The notes: generated by a model from the letters alone, not told the origin. Positions 25,339 to 38,479 are shown, numbered from the stretch's first letter. The stretch: DNA of 64,000 bases from Octopus sinensis (GCF_006345805.1 NC_043007.1:20584001-20648000); one strand, 5' to 3'. Numbers and translations are program-made.

Positions 25339-26739
25339 CTTGCCCCCATTCTAGCATTTCTACATTTTCTCTTGACCTATTTTTCAACATGTTGACCAGT
25401 GATAGTGGCTGTCCTAATGTTTTGAATGAGGCGAAGAAAACTAGGGGTTTCTTGTGTTGGATGGGTAGTGTGGTGTCTTAGTGGACAGTTATATATTGGT
25501 ATTTGATTTTTGCATCTAAAACAATGAGGGGTCTTGTAATTGTCTGGTGACTTTTGAGGGGTTCTCACACATGACCAGTTGTTTTCACCTACGATTGATT
25601 TGGTCTTCTTCATCCACCCTTGAACTACTGTGAAGGTGCATGGCTCAGTGGTTAGGGCGTCAGGCTTGCAACCATGAAGTTGTGAGTCTGATTCCCAGGC
25701 CAGGCTATTTATTGTGCTCTCTTGAGCAAAGCACTTTATTTTTACATTGCTCCAATTCACTCAGCTGCAGTAATGATTTGCGACGTCATTGGTGCCAAGC
25801 TGTATTGGCCTTTGCTTTTCCCTTGGATAACATCGGTGGCATGGAGGGGGGAAACTGGTATGCATGGGTGACAGCTGGTCTTCCATAAGCAACTTTGCCT
25901 CTGAGGGAACTTTCTAGGTGCAGTCCCATGGTCTTTCATGACCAAAGGGGTCTCTACCTTTGAACTACTACAAATAATAATTAGTCCTTATTGGTTACAC
26001 TCTTTTACACTTTTACTTGTTTCAGTCATTTGACTGTGGCCATGCTGGAGCACCACCTTTAGTCGAGCAAATCAACCCCAGGACTTATTCTTTGTAAGCC
26101 TACTACTTATTCTATCGGTCTCTTTTGCCAAACCGCTAAGTTACGGGGACATAAACACACCAGCTTCGGTTGTCAAGCGATGTCGGGGGGGACAAACACA
26201 GGCACACAAATGCACACATAACACCCACACACACCCACCCACCCACACACACACCCATTCGATGGGCTTCTTTCAGTTTCCGTCTACCAAATTCAATCAC
26301 AAGGCTTTGGTCAGCCCAAGGCTATAGTAGAAGATACTTGCCCAAGGTGCCACGTAGTGGGAATGAACCCAGAACCATGTGGTTAGTAAGCAAGCTACTT
26401 ACCCCACAGCTACTTGGGATCTGGTGGAGGTTCTTAATGCAGGAAGACACAGTCCATTAGGTTTTCTGTCTATTCTAAAAGAGTGCAGATATAATCCTTC
26501 AAAATGAAGATGTTTTGCAAGTATTCTAATTAATTAATATTATTAGTGCTAGTGAATGGATAAATAAGAAAATCAATCCAGAGAGGAAATATATCTTAAC
26601 ATTCCCAGCGATACGCTTCATTGACTTTGAAGGCAGATAATGAAATGAAGCTTAAGTAATCCATAAAAGAATGAAAAGAGATAGCTAACGAGATGGATGG
26701 ATGGATAGCTAACTAGATAGCTAGATGGATAGATAGATG

Positions 26740-26785
<46 letters not shown>

Positions 26786-29254
26786 CAGATAGATAGATAG
26801 ATAGATGGATGGATAAAGAGATAGAGGAAAGGGAAGAGTTAGGGAGATAGGAGAGGAGGAGAGAGGAAAAGTGAGATGGAGAGAGGGGAGAGAAGGGAGA
26901 GGGGAAGAGAGGGAGTGAGGGATAGCATAAGAATATGAAACTATAATTGAGAGGTATACATTAGGTTTTTATGTCTCTTCCTTATAATTAATTCATGCTG
27001 ACAATTCAATCTGTCTGTAGTCAGAATCTCCAATTGCATGCAACCCTTCAGATGAAGGATCACATAAAGGGAGAAACTTTAACTTGCAACACAATAAAGG
27101 GATCAGCTTCAAATGTATAAACTCAACAACAACTAGTGGGTACTTTGTTTTTGTGTTGTATATCCAAATACACACACACAGGCACACACACACACAGACA
27201 TACATACGCATACACACATGCTGCCCCCCCCCCCACAAGCACACACACACACATACATTGACATGTGCATGCACACGTGTGCACACACACACATGCACAT
27301 GCACACACACATGTACACATGCACACACACATACACACACACACACACAGAGAAGATCGAGATGGTAAATAGCTTGCTTGCCAACCACATGGTTCCGGGT
27401 TCAGTTCCACTGTGTGGCACCTTGAGCAAGTGTCTTCTATTATAGCCTCGGGCCAACCAAAGCTTTGTGAGTGGATTTGGTAGACGGAAACTGAAAGAAG
27501 CCCGTCGTATATATGTATATACATATATATGTATATGTGTGTGTGCGTGTGTATGTTTGTGTGTCTGTGTTTGTACCCCCCTAGCATTGCTTGACAACCG
27601 ATGGTGGTGTGTTTACATCCCCGTAACTTAGCAGTTCAGCAAAAGAAACTGATAGAATAAGTACTAGGCTTACAAAGAATAAGTCCTGGGGTCGATTTGC
27701 TCGACTAAAGGCTGTGCTCCAGCATGACCACAGTCAAATGACTGAAACAAGTAAAAGAGTAAATGAATGTTATTCGTTTTTAATAGTCTGCAAAAACATG
27801 TTTGGCCATGGATGGGAAAATATCACCTTGCTTTACGCCTGTCTTTATGTGCTGGGTTCAAATACTGCTAAGGTCGACTTTGACTTTCGTCCTTTTGGGG
27901 GTCGATAAATTAAGTACCAGTTGCGTACTGGGATTGATCTAATCGACTGGCTCCCTCCCCCAAAATTTCGGGCCTTGTGCCTAGAGTAGAAAAGAATATT
28001 ACCTTGCTTGGGAACAGGTAAGAGCTGGTAGCGGGAAGGGTTATCTGGGTGGAGAAAATTCTACCCTGATAAACTCTGTCCAACAAATGCGAGCATAGAA
28101 AAGTGGACATTAAAATGATGATGACAAAGATGTGTGCGTGTGTGTGTTTGTGTATGTGTGTGTGTCTGCGTGTGTCTGTGTGTGTGTGTGTGTGTGCGTG
28201 TGTGTTTGTGTGTGTGTGCATGTGTGTACATCCGTGTTAGTATGTGTGTTTGTGTGTGTATGTTTGTGTGTATTGCGTGCTTATGTTTGTGTGCGTGTGT
28301 TTGTATTTGTGTGTGTGTTTGTGTTTCTGTGTATGCGTGTGTGTGTGTGTATTTGTGTGTGCACGTGCACATGTGTGTGTGCATGTATTGTGTGTTTATG
28401 TTCGTGTGCATGTGTTTGTATTTGTGTGTGTGTGTGTGTCAGTGTTTGCGTTTGTCCCCCACCACAGCTGACAAGCGACGCTGGTTCCCATCTCTGCAAA
28501 AATTAACAATTCGGCAAAAAGGGACCGAGAGAGAATACCCACCAAAAACTCCAAACTCCAAACTCCAAACGAATACAAGGGCCGATTTCTGTCTGATTAA
28601 ACATTCCAAGGCGGTGCCCCAGCATGGTCGCAGTCAAACGACCGAAACAATAAAAAAAAAATAAAAGACAACAACACTAAGCCATCTGCACTGATGTTGT
28701 GAGTGTTATTTTAAATCATTTAACCGTTTCCTTAAATTTAGAAAATGCAAGATGGTCCTGTATCAAATAAAATTGATTGATCGTAAAATATAGATGTCCT
28801 TGAACACTGCTAGCTTCCAAATATTGATTTATTGCTTTGCAGCAGCTATTTCAGCAGGGAATGATCTGAAATATTTGAGTAATTAACATTTTCCCATCGT
28901 CAGTCTTTACTAGTATCTTAAGTAGCTGTTTGGTGCTATACATAGCTTCATTCGGTCGTTCGTTCCCCGTATCAGATGATTCGATCTCTCTCTCTCTCTG
29001 TCTCGGTCTCCCTGCAGTAAACCAATAAACAACTTAGCAATTTCTATCTAGTCATGTGCTTTTGAAACTTCCTCCCCCTCATCTCTCTCTCTCTCACTCT
29101 TCCACTCTGTCTGTTTGTCTGTCTGTCTGCCTGCCTGCCTGCCTGCCTGCCTGCTTGCCTGTCTGTCTGTCTGTCTGTCTTCGTTTTGTTATTATATTTT
29201 ACTCTCAGGTAAATGGAACAGGGATTGTTCGATGTCTGTCCCAAGATATATGTT

Positions 29255-29851
29255 TCTTTATTACCCACAAGGGGCTAAACACAGAGGAGACAAACAAGGA
29301 CAGACAAACGGATTAAGTCGATTACATCGACCCCAATGTGTAACTAGTACTTAATTTATTGACCCCGAAAGGATGAAAGGCAAAATTGACCTCAGCGGAA
29401 TTCGAACTCAGAAAGTAGCAGCAGTTGAAATATCTATTTCTTTACTACCCACAAGGGCCTAAACGCAGAGAGGACCAACAAGGACTGATAAACGGATTAA
29501 GTTGATTACATTGACCCCAGTGCGTAACTTGTACTTAATTTATCGACCCCGAAAGGATGAAAGGCAAAGTCGACCTCGGCGGAATTTGAACTCAGAACGT
29601 AAAGGCAGACGAAATACCTATTTCTTTATTACCCACAAGGGGTTAAACATAGAGGGGACAAACAAGGACAGACAAATGGATTAAGTCAATTACATCAACC
29701 CCCAATGCATAACTGGTACTTAATTTATCGACCCCGAAAGGATGAAAGGCAAAGTCGACCTCGGTGGAATTTGAACTCAGAATGTAACGGCAGACGAAAT
29801 ACGGCTACGCATTTCACCCAGCATGCTAACGCTTCTGCCAGCTCACCGCCT
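29255..29851 (-). mobile_element. SINE family A, trimer
   Basis: Three units flanked by the TSD TCTGTCCCAAGA(T/C)ATA. Confidence 0.85.
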
Positions 29852-29959
29852 TCTGTCCCAAGACATAGCTTAGTAACCCTGTTGGAATATGAATTCATGT
29901 TACGTCATTCTTCCTTTGGAACTCCTAAACATTAATTCTAATTTTCATCGTAAGAATTT

Positions 29960-30125
29960 AGAAACTGACACATGTGGAGAAGTTTATCTTGGAGCTGTAT
30001 TCAGAAAAGATAGGCTACAGAAGGTTGAATTAGGTGCTAGAATTGCAGATGCTGGTACAGTAATGGGTCATCTTCAGCATTTGATCCTCAGAAGAGGAGA
30101 AATTGGCAAAAAGTGCTCAGCTTGA
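29960..30125 (+). mobile_element. RTE-clade RT fragment (Rex3/Expander-like)
   Basis: EVYLGAVFRKDRLQKVELGARIADAGTVMGHLQHLILRRGEIGKK resembles the RTE segment YLG..F..DG....EI..RI..A..VM..L downstream of the catalytic motif. Confidence 0.6.
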
Positions 30126-30557
30126 AACCTTCAATTAAATTTATTCTTTTATTCTGGTTTCAGTCATTTGACTGTGGCCATGCTGGAACACCGCCTTAAA
30201 GGGTTCTTTTTAGTCGAAGAACACAGCTCCAGGACTTATTCTTTGTAAGTCTAGTACTTATTCTATAAGTCTCTTTTGCCAAACCCCTAAAAGTAGCAGG
30301 AGTAGCTGAGTAGTAAGAAGCTTGCTTACCAACCACATGGTTTCAGGTTCAGTCCCACTGTGTGGCACCTTGGGCAAGTGTCTTCTACCATAACCTCAGG
30401 CCAACCAGAGCCTTGTGAGTGGATTTGATAGATGGAAACTAAAAGAAGCCCATCGTATTTATATATTTGTGTGTCTGTTTGTCACCCCACCATCGCTTAA
30501 CAACTGATATTGGTGTGTTTACATCCCCGTAATTTAGCGGTTCAGTAAAAGAAACTG

Positions 30558-30831
30558 ATAGAATAAGTACTTGGCTTACAAAAAATAAGTCCAGGGGTTG
30601 ATTTGCTCAATGAAAGCGGGGTGCTCCAGCATGGCCGCAATAAATGACTGAAACAAGTAAAAGAATAAAAGAATAGTCAAGTACTAGGGTTGATGATAGA
30701 ATAAGTACTTGGCTTACAAAGAATAAGTCCAGGGGTTGATTTGCTCAATGAAAGCGGGGTGCTCCAGCATGGCCGCAGTAAATGACTGAAACAAGTAAAA
30801 GAATAAAAGAATAGTCAAGTACTAGGGTTGA
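30558..30831 (+). repeat. ~137-bp direct tandem duplication of a family B SINE 3' end plus flank
   Basis: GATAGAATAAGTACTTGG...GTACTAGGGTTGAT occurs twice, adjacent and almost identical. Confidence 0.85.
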
Positions 30832-31629
30832 TGTAATCAATTTGTTCCCTTACCTCAAAAATTACTGCCCTTTAACCCTGCAGCAAACCAACACCCCATT
30901 CAGGGGGGATAATGTGATTTTGGTCATTATTTATAATACATGGAAATTTGGAAACTGGGTAACCAGCATTATGAGTCCCAGGGATCAAGAGAAATAATTT
31001 CAAAAAGTCTGTTTAGGGCAGTTTTCACATCTTCTTATGCTGAGTTAGTGATAAATCTTGTTTTGGTAGTAATCTCTCTAAATCCTTCATAGCATTCCTT
31101 CTGGTTCTTTACATCCTGAGTTCAAATCCTGCTGAAGGCAATTTTATATTTCATCCTTTTAGGGTTGATAAAATAAAGTAGCAGCCAAGTACTGGGGTTG
31201 CTGCTATCAACTTTTCCCCTCCCCTCAAAAATTGCTGGCCATGACCAACACCCTATTCAGTGGGGAGTATTTTGGTCTCAGTCATTTACACATCATGGAA
31301 ACCAGGTAACCCTAGGGCTCAAGAGAAAAACAAAAAATTAATCAAGAGGAAGTGGTGGTTTGTGGATTTCACTAATTTGTTTCTGGGTGAGATGTTCAGG
31401 TATCAGGGCCATTTTAAAGTATGGGCATACTGGGCAGTTGCCCTGGGGACTTCACAAGTCTTGAGACCCAATGCTAAACTATGTTTGATGTCATTGTTCA
31501 TGTAGGGGCTTCCAGTGCATTGCTATGCCTGTGGGGCTTCTAATGCCGTTAAGACAATACTGCCTGGCATTTATTAATTAGAAAACTTTTGAGCTAATTG
31601 ATAGAATTCCTCCTCCTCCTCCTCCTCAT

Positions 31630-31945
31630 CATCATCATCATTGTTTAATGTCCGCTTTCCATACTAGCATGGGCTGGACGATTTTGACTGAGGGCTGGCG
31701 AACCAGATGGCTGCACCAGGCTCCAGTCTTGATTTGGTAGTGTTTCTACAGCTGGATACCCTTCCTAATGCCAACCACTCCGAGGGTGTAGTGGGTGCTT
31801 TTTACATACCACTGGCACGAGGGCCAGTCAGGCTGTACTGGCAATGACTTTGCTCGAATCCGTTTACACATGCCACCAGCACCGGTGCCAGTAAGGCGAT
31901 GTTGGTAACGATCACGCTCGAATGGTGCCCTTTTATGTGCCACAA
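31630..31945 (-). mobile_element. Repeat family D (SINE or non-autonomous LINE; AGGAAGGGCATCCAGC motif, GGACGTTAAA(TGA)n tail, internal TGCCACTGGCAC repeats)
   Basis: Copies lie at about 10490-10630, 10960-11070, 17290-17420, 32200-32390, 39000-39290, 40975-41350, 47690-47935 and 61660-62040. Confidence 0.8.
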
Positions 31946-32487
31946 CTCTCAACAATGTAAACTTATCAAGCATTAATGGCACCCAATCATTACATCCTAT
32001 CTTTTCCCCAGCTACTCTCATCCACCCTAGCTGGGGTAGCTAGTATTCTTTCTATAACAAGACACACATGCTTTTCCTTCCCGATATTTTAGCCTCTCCA
32101 CATTTGGCATAAAGCCAGCCCCATCCTCTCAAATACTCCCTAATTCCACTTAGTCAAGAGGGCCTTTTTTTTATCCTATTCTTGTCTTGCATGTTACTTG
32201 GTGACCCCACTAGTGCTGTCAGCACGAAATGAGCACCCAGTACATGCCGTAAGGTGAGTGGAGCTAGAAAGGGCATCAAGCCATAGGGACCATGCTGCAG
32301 CAGACATTGGAGCTTGATGCGGCCCTGCAACTCTCCAGATTCTGTCAAACTATTTAAGTCATACCAGCATGGGAAACATTAAATGATGCTGATGAAAATG
32401 CTGGTGAGGATGATGAAGATAATGATGACCATGACGATGATGATTATGATTGAATCGAATCTTTGATCGGATAATATATCATTTTAT

Positions 32488-32995
32488 ATGCCAGGCATCA
32501 AGAGAACACCCTTCATCAGGCATTTGCCATATTCTGAACGCCTTACCTCCCTGGGCATGGACACATTGAAACTCCGACGTCTGGTAGCTGACTTGGCAGA
32601 CACCCATAAAATTATTAACCATTTTACTAACAATAACTCTGAACACCTTTTCAAACTCCACCTGTCTAACACCCGTGGACATGATTACAAAGTCAGAAAA
32701 CAGCACAGCTCCCATGACTTTCGGAAACATTTTTTCATGCTGAGAGTTGCTGAAGCATGGAACAAACTGCTGGCATCAGTTGTTAGTTGTCGGAGCACTG
32801 CATCCTTCAAAACTTCCATGATTCCTGAGATTTGCCAACACTACACCTGATTTTCTCTCCTCCATACACACACAAGCATGTATCTGACTCATACACTGTT
32901 CACTTCCCAGACATTTGTACATTACTGCATATGCTTTATACACACTTTTGACAGGTTGTGGTGCACCTGAGCACTGTATACAATAATTTCATTAT
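32488..32995 (+). mobile_element. CR1-clade LINE, 3' end and 3' UTR
   Basis: LPYSERLTSLGMDTLKLRRLVADL...KII...TRGHDYKVRKQ...FRKHFFMLRVAEAWNKL, the canonical CR1 C-terminus. Ends in an ATT-type tail. Confidence 0.9.
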
Positions 32996-33599
32996 TATGA
33001 AAGTAATTACAAAAAGGAGTCAGCTACAAAATTACTTTTGGAATAATCTGTGGAGCAACAGTATGTGACATTTGCTACAAGTTGCTCCTCCTACTTACAA
33101 GTAAACTACACAGAGTTCTTTTTGCTACAGTGCAGTTTTTACGGTGGTGATGATAATGATTAAAGATTTGGGTAAATGCAGCAGATAACGACTAAAGGTC
33201 AAATCAGTGCTGAATTAATTGTAAAGCAAAATAACATGTTTAGTGCATTGGGGGAAGGTGTTGGTGGTGGTGGTGGGGGCACAATAGAAATGGTAAATAG
33301 TTTATGGCACAAAAGAAATCCCCTTTAAACTTGCTAAAATAATATTCGAAGTGGTTTATATGATCAGAAATATAATTTCAAAGTGTTCAGACTTTGCAAT
33401 TAAAAAAAGTAAGAGAAAATTTTTCTAATATAAATCAAGTGGAAATATGCAAAAATAAACATTTTTTTCTATCTTATTGTGAGTTTTGTTTCACTTTGAA
33501 AAATAAATATGTTTCATGGACAAAGAAATATATGTTTCATGGACAAATTGGACAAGAGTCCCAGTTGTGTGCCAACATATGCTTCTAAAACCTCAGTTT

Positions 33600-33835
33600 C
33601 GTTATGATGGGTGGGTTTTCTTGGGTACTAAGTATCCCCAGTCAATTTGATCTTTTGTTATCTTCTCCATGAGGCTCAACATCCAGAGACCAGCCTTCAC
33701 TACTTTGTCCCATATCTTCTTAGGTTTCCCTTTTCCACATGTTCCATCCTTTGGGAGCGATTAGCACTTCTTTGTCCAATCAAATGCATCACATGTTCAT
33801 ACCAATGCAGCTTTCTCTCTTGCTCATTACACCTG
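33600..33835 (-). mobile_element. Decayed RTE-clade LINE, 3' end
   Basis: LHWYEHVMH... followed by frameshifted remnants of the GRP.KTW and DR..W motifs. Confidence 0.6.
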
Positions 33836-34003
33836 ATTCATTTTATGATCTGTTTTCCTTTCAACACACACATGCATGTACATGCATGCACACACACAGA
33901 TGCACACACAATACACACACAGATACACAGATACACACACACACTAGCACACATCCACGGACACTTACATATGTACACTCACTTATATATATGTGGAAGA
34001 TTC

Positions 34004-34418
34004 AAGGCGGCGAGCTGGCAGAAACGTTAGCACGCCGGGCGAAATGCGTAGCCGTATTTCGTCTGTCGTTACGTTCCGAGTTCAAATTCCGACGAGGTCG
34101 ACTTTGCCTTTCATCCTTTCGGGGTCAATAAATTAAGTACCAGTTACGCACTGGGGTCGATATAATCGACTTAATCCGTTTGTCTGTCCTTGTTTGTCCC
34201 CTCTGTGTTTAGCCCTTTTGTGGGTGGTAAAGAAATAGGTATTTTGTCTGTCGTTACGTTCTGAGTTCAAATTCCGCCGAGGTCGACTTTGCCTTTCATC
34301 CTTTCAGGGTCAATAAATTAAGTACCAGTTATGCACTGGGGTTAATATAATCGACTTAATCCGTTTGTCTGTCCTTGTTTTCTCCCTCTGTGTATATCCC
34401 CTCGTGGGCAATAAAGAA
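34004..34418 (+). mobile_element. SINE family A, dimer
   Basis: Complete head plus two units, with the junction GAAATAG|GTATTT at about 34238. TSD ATATATATGTGGAAGATTC. Confidence 0.9.
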
Positions 34419-34903
34419 ATATATATATATGTGGAAGATTCTGAATGGCTTTGTTCTACACTTTGGCTTACAAGAAAGAACGAAGCAGAGGAATGGGATG
34501 TCCTGCCAAATTATGAAATTTCTTCATTCTTTTGCATCAGAAATCTATACTGCACCACTAAATATGTTAACACTTACTCAACCATTCTTTATTTTTATTA
34601 TGCAGATAGCATCTCCGAATTATTTAATTTCCATACATCTCTATTTCCTTATGCCAACAAATATATGGTTTTGTGCGTTTGCTTTGCGTCTCTTCGATTG
34701 ATACTTCAGCAAGTCCAGTGAAGGTTATGAATCGTTGATGAGGTCAGAATAAGACAGGAACAAGGGTAGTTGGTCAAGAGATATATGGAAACAGTAAGTC
34801 TTACATAGTCAAATATCTATCTATCTGTCCATGCATGCATGGATAAATATATAGATATATGTACACACTTATATATATATACATACACATACAAACATAT
34901 ATG

Positions 34904-34944
<41 letters not shown>

Positions 34945-35341
34945 ATATATAGACACACATACATATGTATATGTATATATACACACACATACATATGCAT
35001 ATATATATGTATATATATATATATACACACGCACATACATATATACACATACATATATACATATGCATATATATATGTGTGTTGTGTGTGTGTGTGTGTG
35101 TGTGTGTATGGCTGTATGACTGTGTGGTTAAGAAGCTTGCTTCCCAACCATGTGGTCTTGGGTTCAGTTCTACTGCATTGCTACCTTGGGCAAGTGTCTT
35201 GTACTATAACCCTAGGTGGACCAAAGCAATGTGAGTGACTTTGGTAGACAGAAACTGAGAGAAGGCTGTTTTATACATACAATATATATATATGTATATA
35301 TATATATGTGCATATATATGTGTCTGTGTGTGTGTATGTAG

Positions 35342-35394
<53 letters not shown>

Positions 35395-35767
35395 GCATGT
35401 ATGTATCTGTGTGTGTGTGCAGGTGTGTAACCCTCTCCTGACATCATGTGATGGTTGTAAATGAGCATCTCTCTAATAAAGCAATGTTCTGCTTCAACGA
35501 TATCCATCTGACCCAGTCAAGCATGGAAGAGTGGTTAACTGACGATGACGTCAATTATGTTGGTATATATGTATGTATATGTATATATATATATTTATGT
35601 ATGTATGAGTATATGTATACACACACACACACACACACATATATCATCATCATCAGTTAACATCCACTTTATATACATATATATATATATATATTTCAAA
35701 ATGTAACCATATGTAACTTGTTAGCAATCTTTTTTCCCTCCATCTTCCTTTTCTATTGGGCTTTCCA

Positions 35768-35807
35768 TTGATTCTGAAGAAGAACTTTTGCTCGAAACGT
35801 AAAACCA
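35768..35807 (+). ncRNA. Degenerate minimal type I hammerhead (first of a tandem pair)
   Basis: CTGAAGA A GAAC-TTTT-GCTC GAAAC GTA AAACCA. Core intact; mismatches in helices I and II. Confidence 0.55.
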
Positions 35808-35950
35808 CCTTCCTTTTCTTCCCTGAGCGTTTGCTAATACTTTACATGTACCATGTCCTAGTGTTGTTTTTATTTTTGTGTGTTTTTTGGGGGTTTTACT
35901 ATATATTTTTTTCCTCCGTCTTCCCTTCCTTGGATCTTTCCTTTTCCTAT

Positions 35951-35985
35951 GTTTCTGACGAAGAGCTCTGCTCGAAACGTTAAAT
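35951..35985 (+). ncRNA. Minimal type I hammerhead (second of a tandem pair)
   Basis: GTTT CTGACGA A GAGC-TCT-GCTC GAAAC GTT AAAT. Intact core and a palindromic AACGTT in place of helix III. Confidence 0.7.
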
Positions 35986-37300
35986 CCTCCTTCTTTCTTT
36001 CCTTTCCTGAGCATCCAATAACACTATACTTGTTCCACGTCCTCGCGTTGTTGTATTTTCTCTTTGTGTTTTCATGTTTGGATTAACTTTATATACATAT
36101 ATATATACATACATATATATATATGGAAAAAACGTTCATTCCATAAATTAAAAGTTTTTCAAATATTTCCTCCTCTCTGTGTAACTGTAACCCTCAATTC
36201 CATATTCAAATCTTAAAATATATCCTAAACCCTAACCATAAACTATATCCTTAAACCTAATCCTAAACCTTAAACATAATACCAAAAGCTTAGCAATAAC
36301 CACAAAACAAATTTTGCCTTGAAGAATTGTTGTCTTACAGGTTTAGTATTTTTTGTAATTATTGTAACGTCCTGTGTTTAATATCTCTAATGCAGGAAAA
36401 TTTTTAGAAAAAATTCATAAAATAGAAAATTTTCTGCTAGTTACCTATGCTAAGGTGTTGAGTGTTTTTCAAAAGAAAATGAAATTTTAAAAATTGTCTT
36501 TTTTTTAGATTCACAAGCAGAAGAACCTGGTTTCACTCATGTTATGAACTCATAGCCTTAACACATTACTCTTTGCTTGTAGTGTAAGATTAATGTATTT
36601 CTTAGAAAGTAATACTTTTAATACTCAGTGATTTTATGCTTCTGTACATTACATGCACCTAGGTGCAGGAGTGGCTGTGTGGCAAGTAGCTTACTTACCA
36701 ACCACATGGTTCCGGGTTCAGAACCCCAACATCGCTTGACAACCGATGGTGGTGTGTTTATGTCCCCATAACTTAACAGTTTGGCAAAAGAGACTGATAG
36801 AATAATAGGCTTCCAAAGAATAAGTCCTGGGGTTGATTTGCTCGACTAAAAAAGGCAGTGCTCCAGCATGGCCACAGTCAAATGACTGAAACAAGTAAAA
36901 GAGTATAGATGCAGGAGTGGCTGTGTGGTAAGTAGCTTGCTTACCAACCACATGGTTCTGGGTTCAGTCCCACTGCGTGGCATCTTGGGCAAGTGTCTTC
37001 TACTATAGCCTTGGGCTGACCAAAACCTTGTGAGTGGATTTGGTAGATGGAAACTGAAAGAAGCTTGTTGTATATTTATGTATGTATGTGTGTTTGTGTT
37101 TGTCCCCACAACATCACTCTGCAACTGGCACTGGTGTGTTTACATCTCCGTAACTTAGCAGTTTGGCAAAAGAGACTGATAAAATAAGTACTAGGCTTAC
37201 AAAGTATTAGTCCTCATGTCAGTTTGCTTGACTAAAGGCAGTGCTCCAGCATGGCCACAGTCAAACGACTGAAGCAAATAAAAGAATAAAAGAATATTAT

Positions 37301-37534
37301 TCACGGCTCTGGAGGTTGGCGCATTGCAGGGAGTTTAACCTTTCCACCATTGCAGCACAGTGCAGGTGTCTCTCCAGGCCACTTCCTTGCTTTACAGTGT
37401 ATGCACTCAGTTGTCATTGCACCAATGGAAACTTTAGTGTCATCTGCATAATTAACTGCGAGATCATAGTTGAAAGCTGATTCATAGAAGTTGCTTCTTT
37501 GAGCTATTGTAACTGCACTTCTGCAGTGGAGATC
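37301..37534 (-). mobile_element. Helitron Rep/Helicase N-terminal zinc-binding fragment
   Basis: SAFNYDLAVNYADDTKVSIGAMTTECIHCKARKWPGETPALCCNGGKVKLPAMRQPPEP matches the Helitron motif AF.YD...IG.M...C.HC.A.KW..E....CC..GKV.LP...PP. It is missing from the ORF track because it lacks a start codon. Confidence 0.85.
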
Positions 37535-37610
37535 CTATTCCTTGTCTAGGCATGTTTATTTACAGATAAACAAATATACTGGTACAGAAGACTGTAAACA
37601 ATGAAAGTAG

Positions 37611-37646
<36 letters not shown>

Positions 37647-37740
37647 ATAATAATAATTTGAGGGAATATTATTCCTAACTTGCAGGGGAAAATTCAATTT
37701 AGAAATACTAAATCAAATTTCACAAAATATAATATAGATA

Positions 37741-38040
37741 TAAAAATTAGAAAAAAACACCTTTTGTCAATTCAAAATGAACAATTAAATTACACCATCT
37801 AGAAAATTACATATAATAGAAATATAAAAAATGAAATAACAATAATATACCAATGATTAAGTAAATTGCAAAATAATAAAAACGTATATATATACCAAAT
37901 ATATACAATTTGCAATTTACTTAATCAATGGTATATTACTGTTATTTTATTTTTTATATTTTTATTATATGTAATTTTCTAGATGGTGTAATTTAATTGT
38001 TCATTTTGAATTGACAAAAGGTGGTTTTTTCTAATTTATA
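37741..38040. repeat. AT-rich inverted repeat (132-bp arms), (TA)n-associated
   Basis: 37741-37872 and 37909-38040 are reverse complements with a few mismatches. Confidence 0.85.
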
Positions 38041-38104
38041 TATATATCATGATAGAGCGTTGGCTCCTACATGCATTTTTTCTCTCCTTGTTTTTTTCTG
38101 TGTA

Positions 38105-38142
38105 TCTTTCTGTCGAAGAGCGCAGGCTCGAAATGTAAAAGA
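38105..38142 (+). ncRNA. Hammerhead-like motif with core substitution
   Basis: TCTTT CTGTCGA A GAGC-GCAG-GCTC GAAAT GTA AAAGA. Perfect 5-bp helix I and 4-bp helix II, but CUGUCGA replaces CUGANGA. Confidence 0.6.
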
Positions 38143-38236
38143 CTTTTTCTATTTCTATTCCTCAGTGCTATACTAATACATTTGTTTGTTTGTACTCCAC
38201 CTGCCTTCGTCTTTTGTTTATTTTTGTAAACTTTCC

Positions 38237-38280
<44 letters not shown>

Positions 38281-38479
38281 ATCTTCTTTAGTTGACCAGT
38301 ATAGGTGCTGAAAATGATGTGTGTATGTGTGTTTAAGAATGTCACTTCATAACCATGTGGTTTCTCAACACCATCATCGTAACGTTTAGTCAACATTTAA
38401 GATAGCATTGTTGAAAATGAGACATGACAACATTTCTGCATTCGCTGGAGGGTCTCATGAAAGTGAAAGTGAAACTTAC

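Noticed and set aside
25377-25620. Cysteine-containing minus ORF as a Penelope GIY-YIG domain
   Set aside because: No GIY or YIG motif. The start of the ORF is SINE sequence.
29209-29935. Plus-strand exon starting at a good acceptor near 29209
   Set aside because: A SINE trimer with a TSD is inserted within it, which is incompatible with a functional coding exon.
29889-30125. Host gene ORF
   Set aside because: Better explained as an RTE reverse-transcriptase fragment.
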